A DNA stretch of 64,000 nucleotides from assembly GCF_009914755.1 (NCBI RefSeq), contig NC_060925.1; one strand, 5' to 3'. The position numbers and the translations under genes were made by a program. Of this stretch, positions 44,101-58,029 are shown in pieces. Origin of the DNA: the human T2T-CHM13v2.0 reference genome, Homo sapiens. Position 1 is the stretch's first letter; each line of letters starts with the position of its first letter. The notes below the pieces were generated by a model. That model saw nothing but the letters and a program-made list of their open reading frames with translations. It ran no database searches and had not been told where the DNA came from.

Positions 44101-45540
44101 CTAAACCTATGTGAACCCCACCATCTATTGCCTATGCGTGCATCTGTGTGTTTTTATTGGGATATCTATTAATTATCCACCAGTGCTAGTATTCTAAGAA
44201 GCACATTTAAGGGAAACCTCTCTGCTGCCCTATCACTTATGTCTTTTATGGTAAATTATTTCTTAGCACATACAATTACTGACATAGTTACATGGTTTTT
44301 AAAAGAATTTATTTTCCTAACATTTGAATTTCCTTCCAAGTGAGTTGGATTACTGCTGATGGTAGTTCCATTGTCTATACCTGATGCTGGTCTCCATCTA
44401 TTCTGATTAAAAGTGTAATTGTCAGGAAGTAAAAATACAATCAATTAATTCACTAGATAACTGTTACAGAATAATGATTTATAGCACATATTTAAAATAC
44501 GTCAGTCTTGGATGCCATTTGTTGGTCTCTGGTCTCTCTCTCTTTCTCTCCCCACCCCCTCATCACCATGGTTACCCACAGGTGCAGAGGATTTCACCAT
44601 GCACTGAGAGCATAGAGGAAAACACACACATCGAGCTAGATAACTTAAGAAATCTCATGCATCTTTGGTCTTCAACTAATGACACTAAGTGTCATTTTAT
44701 ATTATTCATCCAGTGAGATGTAATGATAGCTGATGCATAGTTTCATAAATTTTAAATTACAAAAAATATATAAAGAATTGCATATTATCCTCCCCTTAGT
44801 TGGTCTGGGGAAGTATGGGCCAAGTTTACATAGAGTTGGACAAACAGAAATCTTAGAAGAATTCAAAACCACCCAACAGGAGGAAAACCAAGGCACAGAG
44901 AAGTTAGATAATGCATCCAAAGTCACACAGCTAATAGCAGAGCCAGGATTCAAACCTAGGTAATCCAACTACAGAGCTCATTTATTTAACTACTATGCCA
45001 TACAAACACTGCAGACTAAGATATATGAGATTGCCATAATAGCATCTCTTCGTCCATCTGTGAAAGCCCTCTGACTCTTACTATACACCATGGAGAAGCA
45101 CACAAATGTAAGTGCCTTGAGGAAAGAGTCTATGTCCCATCAGTTTTTAAATATCTATCTCCTAGTGTCATAACAAATGCACTAGTACTCTTTGGTGAAA
45201 GGATGATTGATGAAATATAGATATTATTCCTGTATTATACACAAGGAAACTAAAGTCTAAATAGCAGGTTAACCTGTTCAAGGTCACCAATGCTATTTAT
45301 ACCAGGGCTGGAGCCCTTGAATTCTGGTCCAGGGCCCTTTCCTCTATGTTAGACAGCTTCCCTGAAACAGGAAATTCTTGCAACCTGTGCCAAATCAGCT
45401 AATATCCTCCCACATCTACTGGCAACCTCTCCTTTCCATAGCCCTGGCAACCAAGTGTCTGAGATAAGCATCACTTAGCATGCTGCAAAAATATGGACAA
45501 GAGAAGAGAAAAGAGGAGGGCACACTTCTCCCCGGCATAC

Positions 45541-46356
45541 CTGCGAAGCCAAGGACAGTCAGCAGGGCCACATCTGGTCCTGGGAGGAGGGGACTTCTGT
45601 CCTTTAGAACCAGAGTGAAGTTGGGAGCTTTGGAATCACAGTTGGTCTCAGACAGCCTCAGCACACTCTGTGCAGCTGCCACAGCTGCGGTAGATGGCTG
45701 GCAATTTAGGTCCTTGGCATTCCTGAGCGTGTGAGCAGAAGACTTAATGTAGTTTCTTAAAAACCGAGCAAGGGGATGGAGATCACAAGTGCAGCTCCAC
45801 TGGTTCTTATCTAAGCTCAGAAGGATTAACTGCTTCAGTGGAGTAAACACATCCGGCATGTGGGCTAACCTATTTCGGGAAAGGTCCACTTCCTGTAGTT
45901 GAGGCAGGGGCCGGAAGGCATCTTTCCCAATGTAGGAAATAAAATTGTTGGATAAATCCAGATACCTGAGACTGTGGAGATTCGTGCCTCCGAAAGAACT
46001 GTCTGTGAGATTAGTAATCTGATTCCCATCCAGCTGGAGCCGGGTCAGGCCGCTTGTGTTTCGGAACCAAGACCCTCGTAGGGTGCGGAGAGCATTATTG
46101 CTCAGCACCAGTACCTGCAGGCTGTGAAGCTTGCTGAAGGTGTGATCAGTGAGCGAAGAGCTGGATATTTGGTTGTGCTCCAGCAACAAGGTCCGCAACA
46201 TCGTAAGCCCATGCAGGGCATCTTCCTGAACATCCTCGATACCATTTCTGCTTAGGGAGAGCAGGGCAAGATTAAACAAGAGAGACAGGTTTGTGCTCTC
46301 AATAGAGGAGAGATATCCATCGGTGATGATTAAAACCCTCGTGGTCATAGGGGCTG
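45541..46356 (-). CDS. LRRC53: LRRC53 exon: leucine-rich repeats, LRRCT (NQWSCTCDL) and first half of the TM helix
   Basis: ORF 45416..46396 with repeated LxxLxLxxNxI; acceptor ttccccacag, donor CAG|gtatgc; 816 nt, phase 1-1. Confidence 0.95.
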
Positions 46357-48649
46357 CTGTGGGGAAAAAAGCACAGACTAGATGCAGGGTACACATGAGT
46401 GGGAGGGAGGGGGTATGGTGGAGAGCAGAGAATCAATATCCTCTGAGCAATCTTATCACCTGGGTAAAAACAATAAACAATACAAAAAATGAAAATGATT
46501 TTCTGATTTCCAAATTTGAGGGGAAGCTGGCTATATATCAAAATGATGGATTTTTATATTCTTTGCTGCTGTGACATGTTTGTTTGAGAAACATAAACCC
46601 ATCTGTTACTTTAGATGTCAAAGTTAATTCATTGTTTCGGATTATCTTCATCGATGTTATTTTGAAGGTGTCTTTTCAGGCCCTCCCTCCGAGGCTATGT
46701 ACTGACCTGATCTAGCCCTGCAGATCCAGGACAGAATCAACTAAGAGCTGAGCCTGTGTCTGACCCCCATAGTCAGTGTTCCATAGCAATGTGTATTTAT
46801 GCTGTGAAGTCAATCATCTTTTCTCCCAAAAGTAAAGGTGCGAGTTGGGATGGGGAGAGTGAGAAGGAGCATTGATTTCTGCTTTCTAGCCCCAGGCTAA
46901 AAGTTGGCAACTTGGTAAGGATATATATTCAATCCAGACAACCCAAGTACCTGTCAGTGGGGTTCTCATTATAGTCTGGGCCATCTTGGCCTCCTGTCTA
47001 ATATCTGTTCCCTCCAATGAAGTCCATCATGTGATGACAGGTGGTACTCAGGGCTTCCAACTGTTAAATCCCTTCACCATAATCACCTCAGAGCTATCAC
47101 TGCTCTGTCATTACAAATCAAAGCATTTTAACTCAATAAAGAAGTATTATAATCAGGAGTCATTGTAACACATCTTTATCATGCTAACATTGTTTTGACT
47201 GCAAATGACAGTGTCATAAGGATAGAGGAGTCCATTGTCACTGGGAGGTCTATAGGTGATATTAGAATAGTCAACCCCAGGGAAGCAAATCACAAATCCC
47301 TTAGGAAATTCAGACTGCATCGCGGAAACAAAGAGATTAAAAAATACGTAAAAGACAAAAGATTCTCAGAGTGCCTTCTTTTGGAAGAACTGTTCTCATC
47401 CCTGCAGCACAAGCAAGCTTAAATCCTGGTGATTTTTTCAGCATTTATGATTGATTATTTGGATTCTATTAATTCTGGCCAGTTCGGCATTTTGTTTCTC
47501 TCATCATTGTTTTAGATATGGGATGAAGGAGGTTTGTTTTCATGGGTCCCCAGTCCTTTAGGGATTTACTGACTCTGAATGAGCAGGCTATTATTTCTGT
47601 CAATTACTTCTTGTCTAGGTCTAGACAGAAACCCCACTCACAATTCATCCATTTTATTCTCTGTATTTATGAAATCTAACTTCACAAATATGGTGTTCTG
47701 TAAATGAGAAGGGGGATATAGAGATGCAACAATGTAGATGAGAAATATTTGTTTCTTACAGACATCAACTGTCTCTGATCAGGAAAAATAAATGTAGTGA
47801 AGTCAAGAAATCCATTTTAGATGGTGAGAGTTTAGTGTTAAAGCATTTTCAATACTGATTAGAAACGATATACACATCAACTATCCATGAAAACCTCTCT
47901 GTCCTGTCAAGGATGGTGACAACATCTACCTCCTAATTATCAGAGTCGTGGGATATTAGAAATGGAAGAAATTATCCTCTTCCACTCTGTCGTAACTCAA
48001 GCTTGTTTATGGAAATTTTCCATTGGCAGAGCTTATAGCTTGTTTATCTCTTCTTGGATATCAGGATGTAAATCACATTCTCCTCAAATTTGTTAATAAG
48101 GTGTCTTATTAAATTGTTGACTTAAGCAAGCAATATGTAATGAATACAGGCAGTGTATCTTGTTAGCATTTCTACAGCTCATTTACCACCAATAAAAAAA
48201 GACCAGACTTTCAAAATGAGACGCACTTTGATAATAATCTGTTTCACTGGTACATCACTTAATCTTACTAATGCTGAACAATTGCAGTTCAGGTTTCTGA
48301 TTCATTGATATTTCTTCCAGCTGGTGGTAGGGTTCAAATCTGCACAAAGTATGTACAAAGATATTAAAGTGATATATTTGTTAAGTGTGTAGCTGGATAA
48401 AATGGTGATATTCTTTTGCAATAGCAAAATAACTCAGTTACCTTTGAAGGTCTTTAAATAGTTTTGATTGAGACCATCAGGAACAGGAAAATAAAATATT
48501 GCCAGTCTCTTTAGTCATTGTATGAAGTGTACTCATTAAAGGGTTACCTCTTAAGCTGAGCCCAGAGAACAGTCAGTACAATGAAAGGTATGGCAACCAA
48601 TTTTCCAGGTACACTGAGCACTGCTTTTTAGAGTTATTAGTTTTATTAC

Positions 48650-48737
48650 CTACTATATAGGTTAGCTGGTGACAGAGGGTTACATCTTTGGTGCACACCA
48701 CACATGACTCAGGGCAAGCTGCCACCAACCGCAACAT
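48650..48737 (-). CDS. LRRC53: LRRC53 first coding exon seen (exon spans 48650-48763): MLRLVAACPESCVVCTKDVTLCHQLTYIV, LRRNT Cys cap
   Basis: ORF 48573..48785; CPxxCxC..C cap; acceptor ttcctttcag before 48763; donor TAG|gtaata after 48650. Confidence 0.88.
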
Positions 48738-49699
48738 GATGGCAAAGAGTACCAGCCATCCACCTGAAAGGAAAGTAGAGGGCAATGTATATCATAATGT
48801 TGGCATTCACTGTCCATTATTTCTGTACATACAGGTCATGAGGCATTTTGGTAATTTCTACTGTTCAATGAGCATCTTGGTGTTCTCTTAAGATGCCAGG
48901 TAAATAACTACATTCCTTAATTTGCATAGAATTTAAACTGAAATGTTAAAGCATTTGACTATAAATTCAGAGAGCTCACATCCAGGGCATATTTATTAGT
49001 ATTTTGAAAAAATTAAGTTACTTTGCAAAACAATGTATAGTTTGTAGTGCTTTCACCAAACATTATCTTACTTAGTTCTTTTAATTCTGCAACCCAATTG
49101 GAGACTAAAGAAACAGCTCAGGATGGTTAGCAAACCATCCTAAATCACATAGCGGGTAGGTATTTAACCAAGTCTTTTAACTTTCAATCCAGTGTTTCTT
49201 CTAGTATGCAAAGCTAATCTCAGACACTGAGTCTTACATGATTACAACTAAATTCTTACTCCTTATAGATTTAAATGCCACACCTAGGGAGTGAGTATGA
49301 TGTCAAGATTAAGCTCACAAGCTCTACTTAGCTTTGAATTCAGCTCTGTTTTTACTGACTATATTATCTTAGAAAAAAATATTTCTTTTTATTTTTTGCT
49401 TTTTCATGTGTAAAATAGAAATAATAAATGTCTACAGTACAGAGTATTATAAGAGTTAAATGGGTACTCTAAGTGTTTAGTAAATGTTAAACTTTACCTT
49501 TATTTTAAAGCTTTCTCAACCCCCCAGTGAAATATTTAACATCATTTGAATTTTATGTTCAAAAAAGACAATTCATTTATAATATCTTCCCTGGTTGATT
49601 AAAAAAAAAAAAAACAAGGAGCAAATTATAATAAAACCCTCTACCTATATAATAAGATAGTTTGAGAACAAAATAAAATGTAGAAAAAACATAAAATGA

Positions 49700-50370
49700 T
49701 TAATTCTATCATTTGTTCAACAAGCATTTGTAGATCACCTTCTGCATGCTAGGCACTGCTCACAGTACTGGGCATAGAGCAGGGGCTGACAAGCACCTGC
49801 CCTTGTGAAGTGTACTTTCTATAAAAGGATATAAACAATAAACAAATAATATAAAATATGTATTAAGTCATATGGTGATAAATGCTCTAGAATAAATAAA
49901 ACAAGAAAAGGAGAAGATCGCATTGACTCGAGGGCTCTAAATATGGCAAACAAGGAAAATCTCTCTGATAAAACAACATTTGAACAATAAGCTGGAGAAG
50001 GTGAAGGCATTAGTGTGTCATGGTGGAGAGGATCCAATGCAAAGTTCTCAAGGGCATGAGGAGGTTGGTGTGATGACCAGAGTGGAGTGTGTAAGAGGAA
50101 GAGTAGGGCACAGAATCATAGGAGCAGGTTGTTGTATACCTTAGAGATGAATGCAAAGACATAGCGTTTTAACCCAAATAACATGGGAAGTAATTGGAGG
50201 CTATAGTGAGTGGCATTACTTGGTCTGATGTCTATTTTTAAAGATCATTTTAACTACTGAGTTGGGAACTACTTTTAGATAAGCAAAGAACATAAGTAGC
50301 AAAAATAGGAGGCAATTGTAGTAATACAAGGAAGGGATGATGTGGTGTAGAGAAGGATGAGAGGTAAGCA
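49700..50370. mobile_element. L2-like relic
   Basis: atttgttcaacaagcattt...tgctaggcactg and typical degenerate L2 3' body; boundaries approximate. Confidence 0.5.
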
Positions 50371-50874
50371 TATTCCAGATGATTTTTTATCATAATGATG
50401 CAATTTAATTTAACAAATTTGAGCTCATTTAACCTGTCTGATGGAATGTGCTAGGTGTCTAAGAGTAAATAAACCATTGTATCAAAGAACTTTCTAGCTA
50501 GTGATAGACATGTAAATACCTATCTATAACACAAGGAGAAACGAAGTAAATCTAAATGCAAGTGAATAATTACTTTGTGGAATAACTTGGATGCTTTAAG
50601 AAGGATGTAGCTCTTGAGTTGGGCCTTGCAGAGTACAGTGAATTTCCATGGGCAGAGAATAAGCATTAGGTAATTCCAGTCTGAGAAAACAGTAAGAACA
50701 ATGCCCTGCATGGGGCAGCAGATCTAATCTCAGTTCATTTATTTTAGTCCTACCTGGCCGGTTAGTCGGCCTCATGGATGTGTGGTTCAGGGGCAAACCA
50801 GAGATTGAGGTAGAATTTACACACAGACTCCAGGGCTTTTTCCAGGATCTCCTCTCATTCTCTACTGCGTATTT

Positions 50875-51480
50875 GTGATAAGCAGGATTCTAACATGACC
50901 TGCAAGATTCCTGTCCCCTGGTGTACATGCCATGTAGAATACCCTGTCCTTCAGTGTGGGCAGAACCTGTGAATATGATGAGATATTACTCCCATGATTA
51001 TGTTTCATCATATGACTAAAGGAAGATTATCCCAAGTGGGTCTGACCTAACTGGGTGAGCCCTTCAAAAGCAGAATAAGTTTTACAGCTGGTCACAGAGT
51101 GGAAGTCAGGCATGTGCCCTTGCCGGTTAGGAAAAAAGCAAATAGCCATGTTGTGAACTGCCTATTTGGCAAGCAGCTGTAGGCATCCTCTAGAATTTGA
51201 GAGTCATTTCTGGGCAACAGATGGCAAGAAAACAGACATGTGTCATACAACCACAAAGAAATCAGTACTGCCAACAACCAATGCGCTTAAAAGAGGCCTT
51301 GAGCCTCAGATGAGAATCACAGTGCCTGCTGACTCCTTGATTTCAGCCTAGTGAAACTCTGAGCAAAGGACCCGGCTAATCTATACTGGACTCCTGACCA
51401 GTGGAAACTGAGATAAAAAATGAACATTGTTTTAAATCACTAGGTTTATGGTAATTTGTTATAAAACAATAACTAATACA
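50875..51480 (+). mobile_element. MLT1-type (MaLR) solo LTR
   Basis: tgtgataagcaggattctaac...atggtaatttgtta...aactaataca. Confidence 0.75.
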
Positions 51481-51588
51481 CTCCAGTTGCCCTGAATTCT
51501 GTCCTCTGTTCCTTCAAACAAGCAAACCATCAGAATTTTAATTGTTTCCTAAAATGCAGAAGTGGTCTACCCTCAGGCTAAATGCTAT

Positions 51589-51590
<2 letters not shown>

Positions 51591-51633
<43 letters not shown>
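51591..51633. repeat. (AG)~21 microsatellite
   Basis: Read directly. Confidence 0.95.
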
Positions 51634-51639
<6 letters not shown>

Positions 51640-54590
51640 AAATATACTAGTTCCTTTCTTCTAAGTGACTCACTCCCCTCCAGGATCTACTTGCTTTTAT
51701 TAACTTTCCAGTGCCTTCAGGTAGCTGTCATTTACATTTTGTCCAGAGTTTCTCGTTGTTTTCTGTAGGAGGGTTGATCTAATATAAGCTACTTGATCAT
51801 TCAGATACTGAATGGTAGTATCAATATAATTTGCTGGTATATAAGAGTAAAGTATGATAGAGTAGTCAAACATCATCACTTTTTTTGTGTGTGTTTTTTG
51901 TTTTTTGCTTTTTTTTTTTTTTGCCTCTGCAAGCAGAAGGATGGAGTTTCCATTTACTGAAATGGGAAAGGCTATAAATATAATTAATTGCATGTATGAG
52001 TTTAGAGTTCAGGAGAAAGTACTGGGCTAGAGATAATAATCTGGAAGTTGTTTTTTAAAGACATAAGACTGAATTAACTCCTCAACAAATTAATTTTAAA
52101 GGGTAAAGAGACTCAAAGACTGAGTCTTGGGGCAATAAAAAGCTTAAAGATAAGGAGGAGAGATGAAACCAAAAGAGGAGACTAAGAAGAAGCCAATGAG
52201 CGCAGAAAAAAATAAAATAAGAAAATGGTGTCCTCAAAGCCAATTGAAAAACATGTTTCAGGGACAAAGGAATTGTTGCTTATATTTAATGCTATGCCAA
52301 GTGAAATGACCACTGAGATGTAACCATTGAATTTAGCAATGAGATCTTTGTAACCTTGACAAGGGCAGTTTCAGCAGTGTTGTAGGAGAAAGCTTGATTA
52401 GGATGGATTGCAAATGGGAGAAGGGGAATTAGAGACCGCAAATTTGGATAACTCTAGAACAATTTTGCTGTAAAGTAAACAGCAATGGAACAGTAGCTTG
52501 AAGGAGGACGTTAAGGGTTTTATTTTGCTGTTTGTTTTTAAGATAGGAGAATGTATAGTATGTCTGTATGCTGGTGGAGATTAAACAATACAGAAGGAAC
52601 ATGAACGATGCAAAAAAAAATGGATGAGAGAATTATTGCTGGAGCACACAAGTGAAGGAGTTGGCCTGAGAATCAGGCAAATTTCATCCACAGAAACAAA
52701 AGTGAGGGCAAATTATGTAGGTCATAGGTGAGTAGGTCAATGTAGTAGTGGGAGCTAGAGGTTTAGGAGAGAGGAAAAGGTACAAAATAGCCATCCGAAG
52801 TGTGAGAGAGTGAATGGACTAGAAATATGTAATAGGCTCTCTGAATAGTACTGACGGTCCATGGGAGATTAGAGGGTCAAGATTTTGAAGTGAGACCAGG
52901 CAGAATGGATTCAATAAAGTTTAGGATTCTTTCAGTACTGTACCAAATGCAAGATGAAGCAAGGGAGTTGAGGATGTGTGGAAGGGAGTGATAGTTGGAA
53001 GTGAATCTAATGATAAATGTAAATGAAATATAAGGTAAAGGGAAAGTGAGTGACAGCGAAAAGATGATGAAGTGAGCAAAAAAACAAGTAGGGAAAAAGA
53101 TAGGCAGATGGGTAGGTAGGTAGAAAGAAGAGCATCTACTTTAGGACATATTTGGAACTGCTCGTAATAAAAAGCTCTTGTTTTATTTTGTTTTGTTTTA
53201 AGTGGTAAAATGGCTTCCAAGTACCAGTGTGATCAAAGCTTGTTGGAGTCAGGTTTCTAGAGGAAGTGAGGTAGAGAGAAAGGGACAGCTCAGAGAGTTG
53301 TCTGATAAAGATTGAGAGGTTAAAGAGCATGGAGGGGTGGAGGCATTGGTCATGACAGGGTCTAGGGTATAACTAAGGGGCTGAGTGACTAAAGGAGTTT
53401 GGAGGACAAGCTCATTGGAGAAGAGTAGGCAAAGGAACCCAGAGGTCAGGCTATTTTAATGATCATTTGCATGGATAATAAAAGTACAAAGAGTAGTGTT
53501 AGAGAGTATGAAGTAAGCCAGTTTTTAAAATCCCCAAAGAATGAGGGGGTGTGGCTAGACTCTGGTGGTATAGCCTGACAAGCTGGTGGTGTTTAGAGGA
53601 GAAACCATTTGGAAGTAGCAGTGACAGCAAGGAAGACACAGGGTTTTGCTCACTCCACTGCTCCCACTGCTCCCACTGCCCCCACCAACCTAGAGATACA
53701 AGGAGTATGTGAGAGGAAACAGCTTATAAGGGAAGCAGTGTTCTCAGGGGTGGGCTAGATAGTAAGGGAGAAATTGTTCTACTAAGAATCTAAATTATTT
53801 GGTTACTGAACCTGAATGTTAAATTGGGCTCTCCACCTCCTGGCAGTGAAAGTTTCAAAAAAGGAGAAATGATAGGGTGTATAGTTTTAGGATCTGACAA
53901 AAGAAGACAATTTTCTCAGAAGAGGCCAACATTTTCTAAAATTCCAAGAATTTTTCCAATAATCATTTTTATATCCCTTGCAACTGGAACAAAGCTTGAA
54001 ATATATTTGGAATAAACTTTTTTTTAACCAAACTCGTCTGACACAGAGGTTCATAATGGGCAATATTTTTAATGGCACTGTCTGAAGGTAAAAAGCTTAC
54101 CTTAAACCCTAAAGTAAGGCATAGTCCTGAGGTTTCTATCATCATCTTAGTTTTGAATCTGAGATGATCTTTTCAAAAGTGAAGTTCATTATAAATCTAG
54201 CCTTAGCAGTTCTTTTTATACACAGTGTGCAGTGTATTACAAGGCACTGAGATAGTTAATAGTTTTTAGTATTCACTATTATTCTTTCATTTTGAAGAGG
54301 AAACCTGCCATTTAAAAACATGCAAAGCTAATTAAAGCTTTTCCACTATTTCATTATCTGAATGTAGTTGCAAATTCTGACTTAAAACTCTTATCAGAGG
54401 GAGACTCAACATCTCTCCATGAACAGCAAATGAACATTCAATTAACACTTCAATAAAAGTGTATTTTAAATAAAAATATACTTTATTGTTAATCTCATTC
54501 TTTACAAATGCTAATACCCAATTTTAACATCCAAAGAGAGTCTCCTTCCTTTTATTCTTAAGGGAAAAAAGTTCTTTTTTCTATTTACAG

Positions 54591-54650
54591 GGAAGACCCG
54601 AATTTTCTGAAGTTGTCATGAAGTTAGAAGAGTGTCTCTGCAACATTGAG
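54591..54650 (+). CDS. TNNI3K: TNNI3K coding exon (probably exon 22): [20 protein letters not shown], kinase subdomain XI
   Basis: ttcttttttctatttacag acceptor, GAG|gtaaaa donor; 60 nt, phase 0-0; invariant Arg of subdomain XI. Confidence 0.95.
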
Positions 54651-56606
54651 GTAAAAGCTTTAGCTTCTGAAATATGTCCATAAAAAAGCCCTGCATATCC
54701 AAGGCTGTCAGGGAATGTAGATGAGCTGGTGCTTATGAAAAGTTACTGTGAGGACCCATAACTCCATCCATATTTGCCCTATTCATTAAATTCCTATGGT
54801 GGAGCAGAATTAGCTGTATCTACAGGGACAAAGGCAAAGTCAGAGTGAATTCGAGACCTTCCAACAAATAATAGGGCAGGCAAATGGACACAGTCATGCT
54901 CAGCTTAAAAATTGATAAGTAAAAATTGGAAAGTATAACAAATACATTAGAAGGTAATTATTTAATCAATTTTTATGCAAAAATTCTTCATACAGAGATT
55001 TGTAAGCCATTGTTCATTTACATTCAATGCGAAAAGAAAAATTATCAATAAAATATGTTCATAAATTAGTTGGAATGCATTGCTTTCACACCACATATAT
55101 GTTGCTTAATGTGATATATGTTGGTAATCAGGCTAATGGAATTTTCTTGCCTTATTAAAGCTGTTTGCTTTAAGTTTCTCTACAATTGCCTTAATTTTCT
55201 ACACACCTGGTCAAGAGATAGCATTTCAAAATAATCGAGGGAGCTAAAACATGCACACTACTTGAAAAATAATATATTCTCAAATGGAAATAAGTGTTAC
55301 TGGTGGAGGAAGACATACATCACACATAGAGGATCATATATGCATTTGCATATGCAGGGAAGGGGCAACAATAGAGAGAAATAGCATCAACCTGAGATTG
55401 CACCACTAAGTCTCAAAGTGGAACCATCAAGAAAAGCAGGATTTTTTTTCTAAAAAAAAAAAAAAAAAAAAAAAAAACTCAACTAAGAGTCATTGGACCT
55501 AGTCTATTGGAAAAGGATTTGCAGTTACAGCCTGCAGTGAGTGGCTCTGTCTCATGACTCTTTGCTGGAATTTCTAAAGAAAACTTTTGTGTAAAAAGAA
55601 GCTTCAGTGTTTAGACCTAAGATCCTCTTTCCCTTCTCTTATTCAGTACTGGGACTTACAGAAAGTGGGGAGAAGTAGTCATATATTTGGTGGGGCTTCA
55701 GCAGCCCCTGTGGACAAAAGCATCTGCCAGAAGCCTTGGGTATTAAGAGACACCTTCAAGACTTGAATTTAAAATATCCTCTCATTTTGAAACTTAGGGT
55801 TTGAGTGAGTTTGCTTCGAGCCTAATGGGATAGATATATCTGGAGGTGGATTCCAGAAAAAAGGAATCCACCATGATAGGATCTACAAACATGATAGGAT
55901 CTACTAAACTAGCTTGTCTTATTGTAATATATTGATCAAGCCTCTTATTTATACTCTCTCCCCAAGGGAGAAGATGAATGGGCTATATGCTGACAGAGTT
56001 TGCTGGACTGAGTTGCACTAATTAACAGATGAGAGTCAGCCTAAAGAGGCTTGACTTGCGCAGTTTCATAAGACCTTATCCTCTCTATTCTTCAACTTTT
56101 CAGTCAACGGTTTAGATCAAGGCCAAGAGGGAGCTACTCATCCCATGTGCAGATATAATCAAGTTAAGAGGGACAGAAAGTATTTGAAAGCAGGACCCTA
56201 GATCTTGGAGGATGAAGTAACAGGACATGTCTAACAAGAATAATTTTAACAGGAATACATATAAATATAATGTCCTGCAGCAGAGCCAAAGAAAAAATAA
56301 TAAAAGTATCAAATGGTGGAGACCTGGCTTAGGAGCATCATGAATGCTAGTGGATAATAAGCTCATTGGGAGTTAAAATATAAAGTGACTGTCTTGCTGC
56401 AAAATAAAAGATATGATTAGTCTTGTTCTGAAATGGCAAAGTGGTATCCAGTTGTGTCTGTGAGCCTTTTAAAGGAATAATTAAAACTGGGATACACATT
56501 TTAGAAGAGAGAGATTTGAGTGGTGAATAAGCTGAAAATCACGTAACATGAAAACCGGTTGAAGGAGCTAATGATGCTTATCACAGAAAAGAGATAATTA
56601 GGGTGA

Positions 56607-56940
<334 letters not shown>

Positions 56941-57476
56941 AAGTCCAACAGGTGTTTTAAACATCTGAAAAACTATCACATGGTAAAGGGAGTGGCCTGT
57001 TCAATATGGGAAAAGACTTGCCACACATTAAAGCATTTTTCATCTTATAAAATTGATGTATTCTTGGAAAAGTGTGTAAATTCATTTTACATGAAGGGAA
57101 TAATTTCATGTAAAGGGAATAATTTTAGCTATGATTTAAAGGAACTCTGCCATAAATCTTATTGCCATAGTGAAGAATGTGAAGAATCTTTTGATCATTG
57201 AATAATAACCTTCTAAATATATTTTATGAATCTGAGTTGGGCCTACTGTGTTTTTAGAAAGATGAGCATAAATTTAACAGGCCAGCTCTCAGCACAGAAC
57301 TGGGTCAAAAAAGTAAATTAAGCTAGGCAGATGTTGCCACTAGACTTTTTCCTGAAAGGAAAAGCCAGGAGCAAGCTGAGTGAATAGAAATTAAAATATG
57401 GGAAACCTTGGAATAGAAAGTTAAATCCATATTTTATGTTATGTCTTCACACCTGTTGGAAGTATTAAACAATTGA

Positions 57477-57668
<192 letters not shown>

Positions 57669-58029
57669 TGAGTGGTAATATAAGCAAATCTCACAGTAAA
57701 GTCTTATTTCAGAATCTTATCAAGACAGTCAACTGATTTGATTACTATTAACAGGGTTTGATTACCCCCTGAAAAACTTTGAAAGAGGAGTTTTCAGCCC
57801 ATTTTTCTTACGTTATGACTAAAAATTAGAAATTTTATTATCTGTTAGCCTAGGTCCTCTAGTTGCAAGTAACAGGCATTAACCTAGCTTAAGTAAGACA
57901 CGTCTATTTCAGAGCAACAAAAGGGATTTATTAAAAGTATTCTGAAGCTATTTTATGGCATCCAAGCAAGAATTCCTGTGTGGAAACCAGGAAACAGCTT
58001 TGAGGATCTGAGCAACAGAAGTTCAGCGT

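Noticed and set aside
45416-45540. Intronic read-through extensions of LRRC53 and TNNI3K exon ORFs as alternative termini
   Set aside because: Canonical splice sites bound each exon; short extensions are expected by chance and have no independent support.
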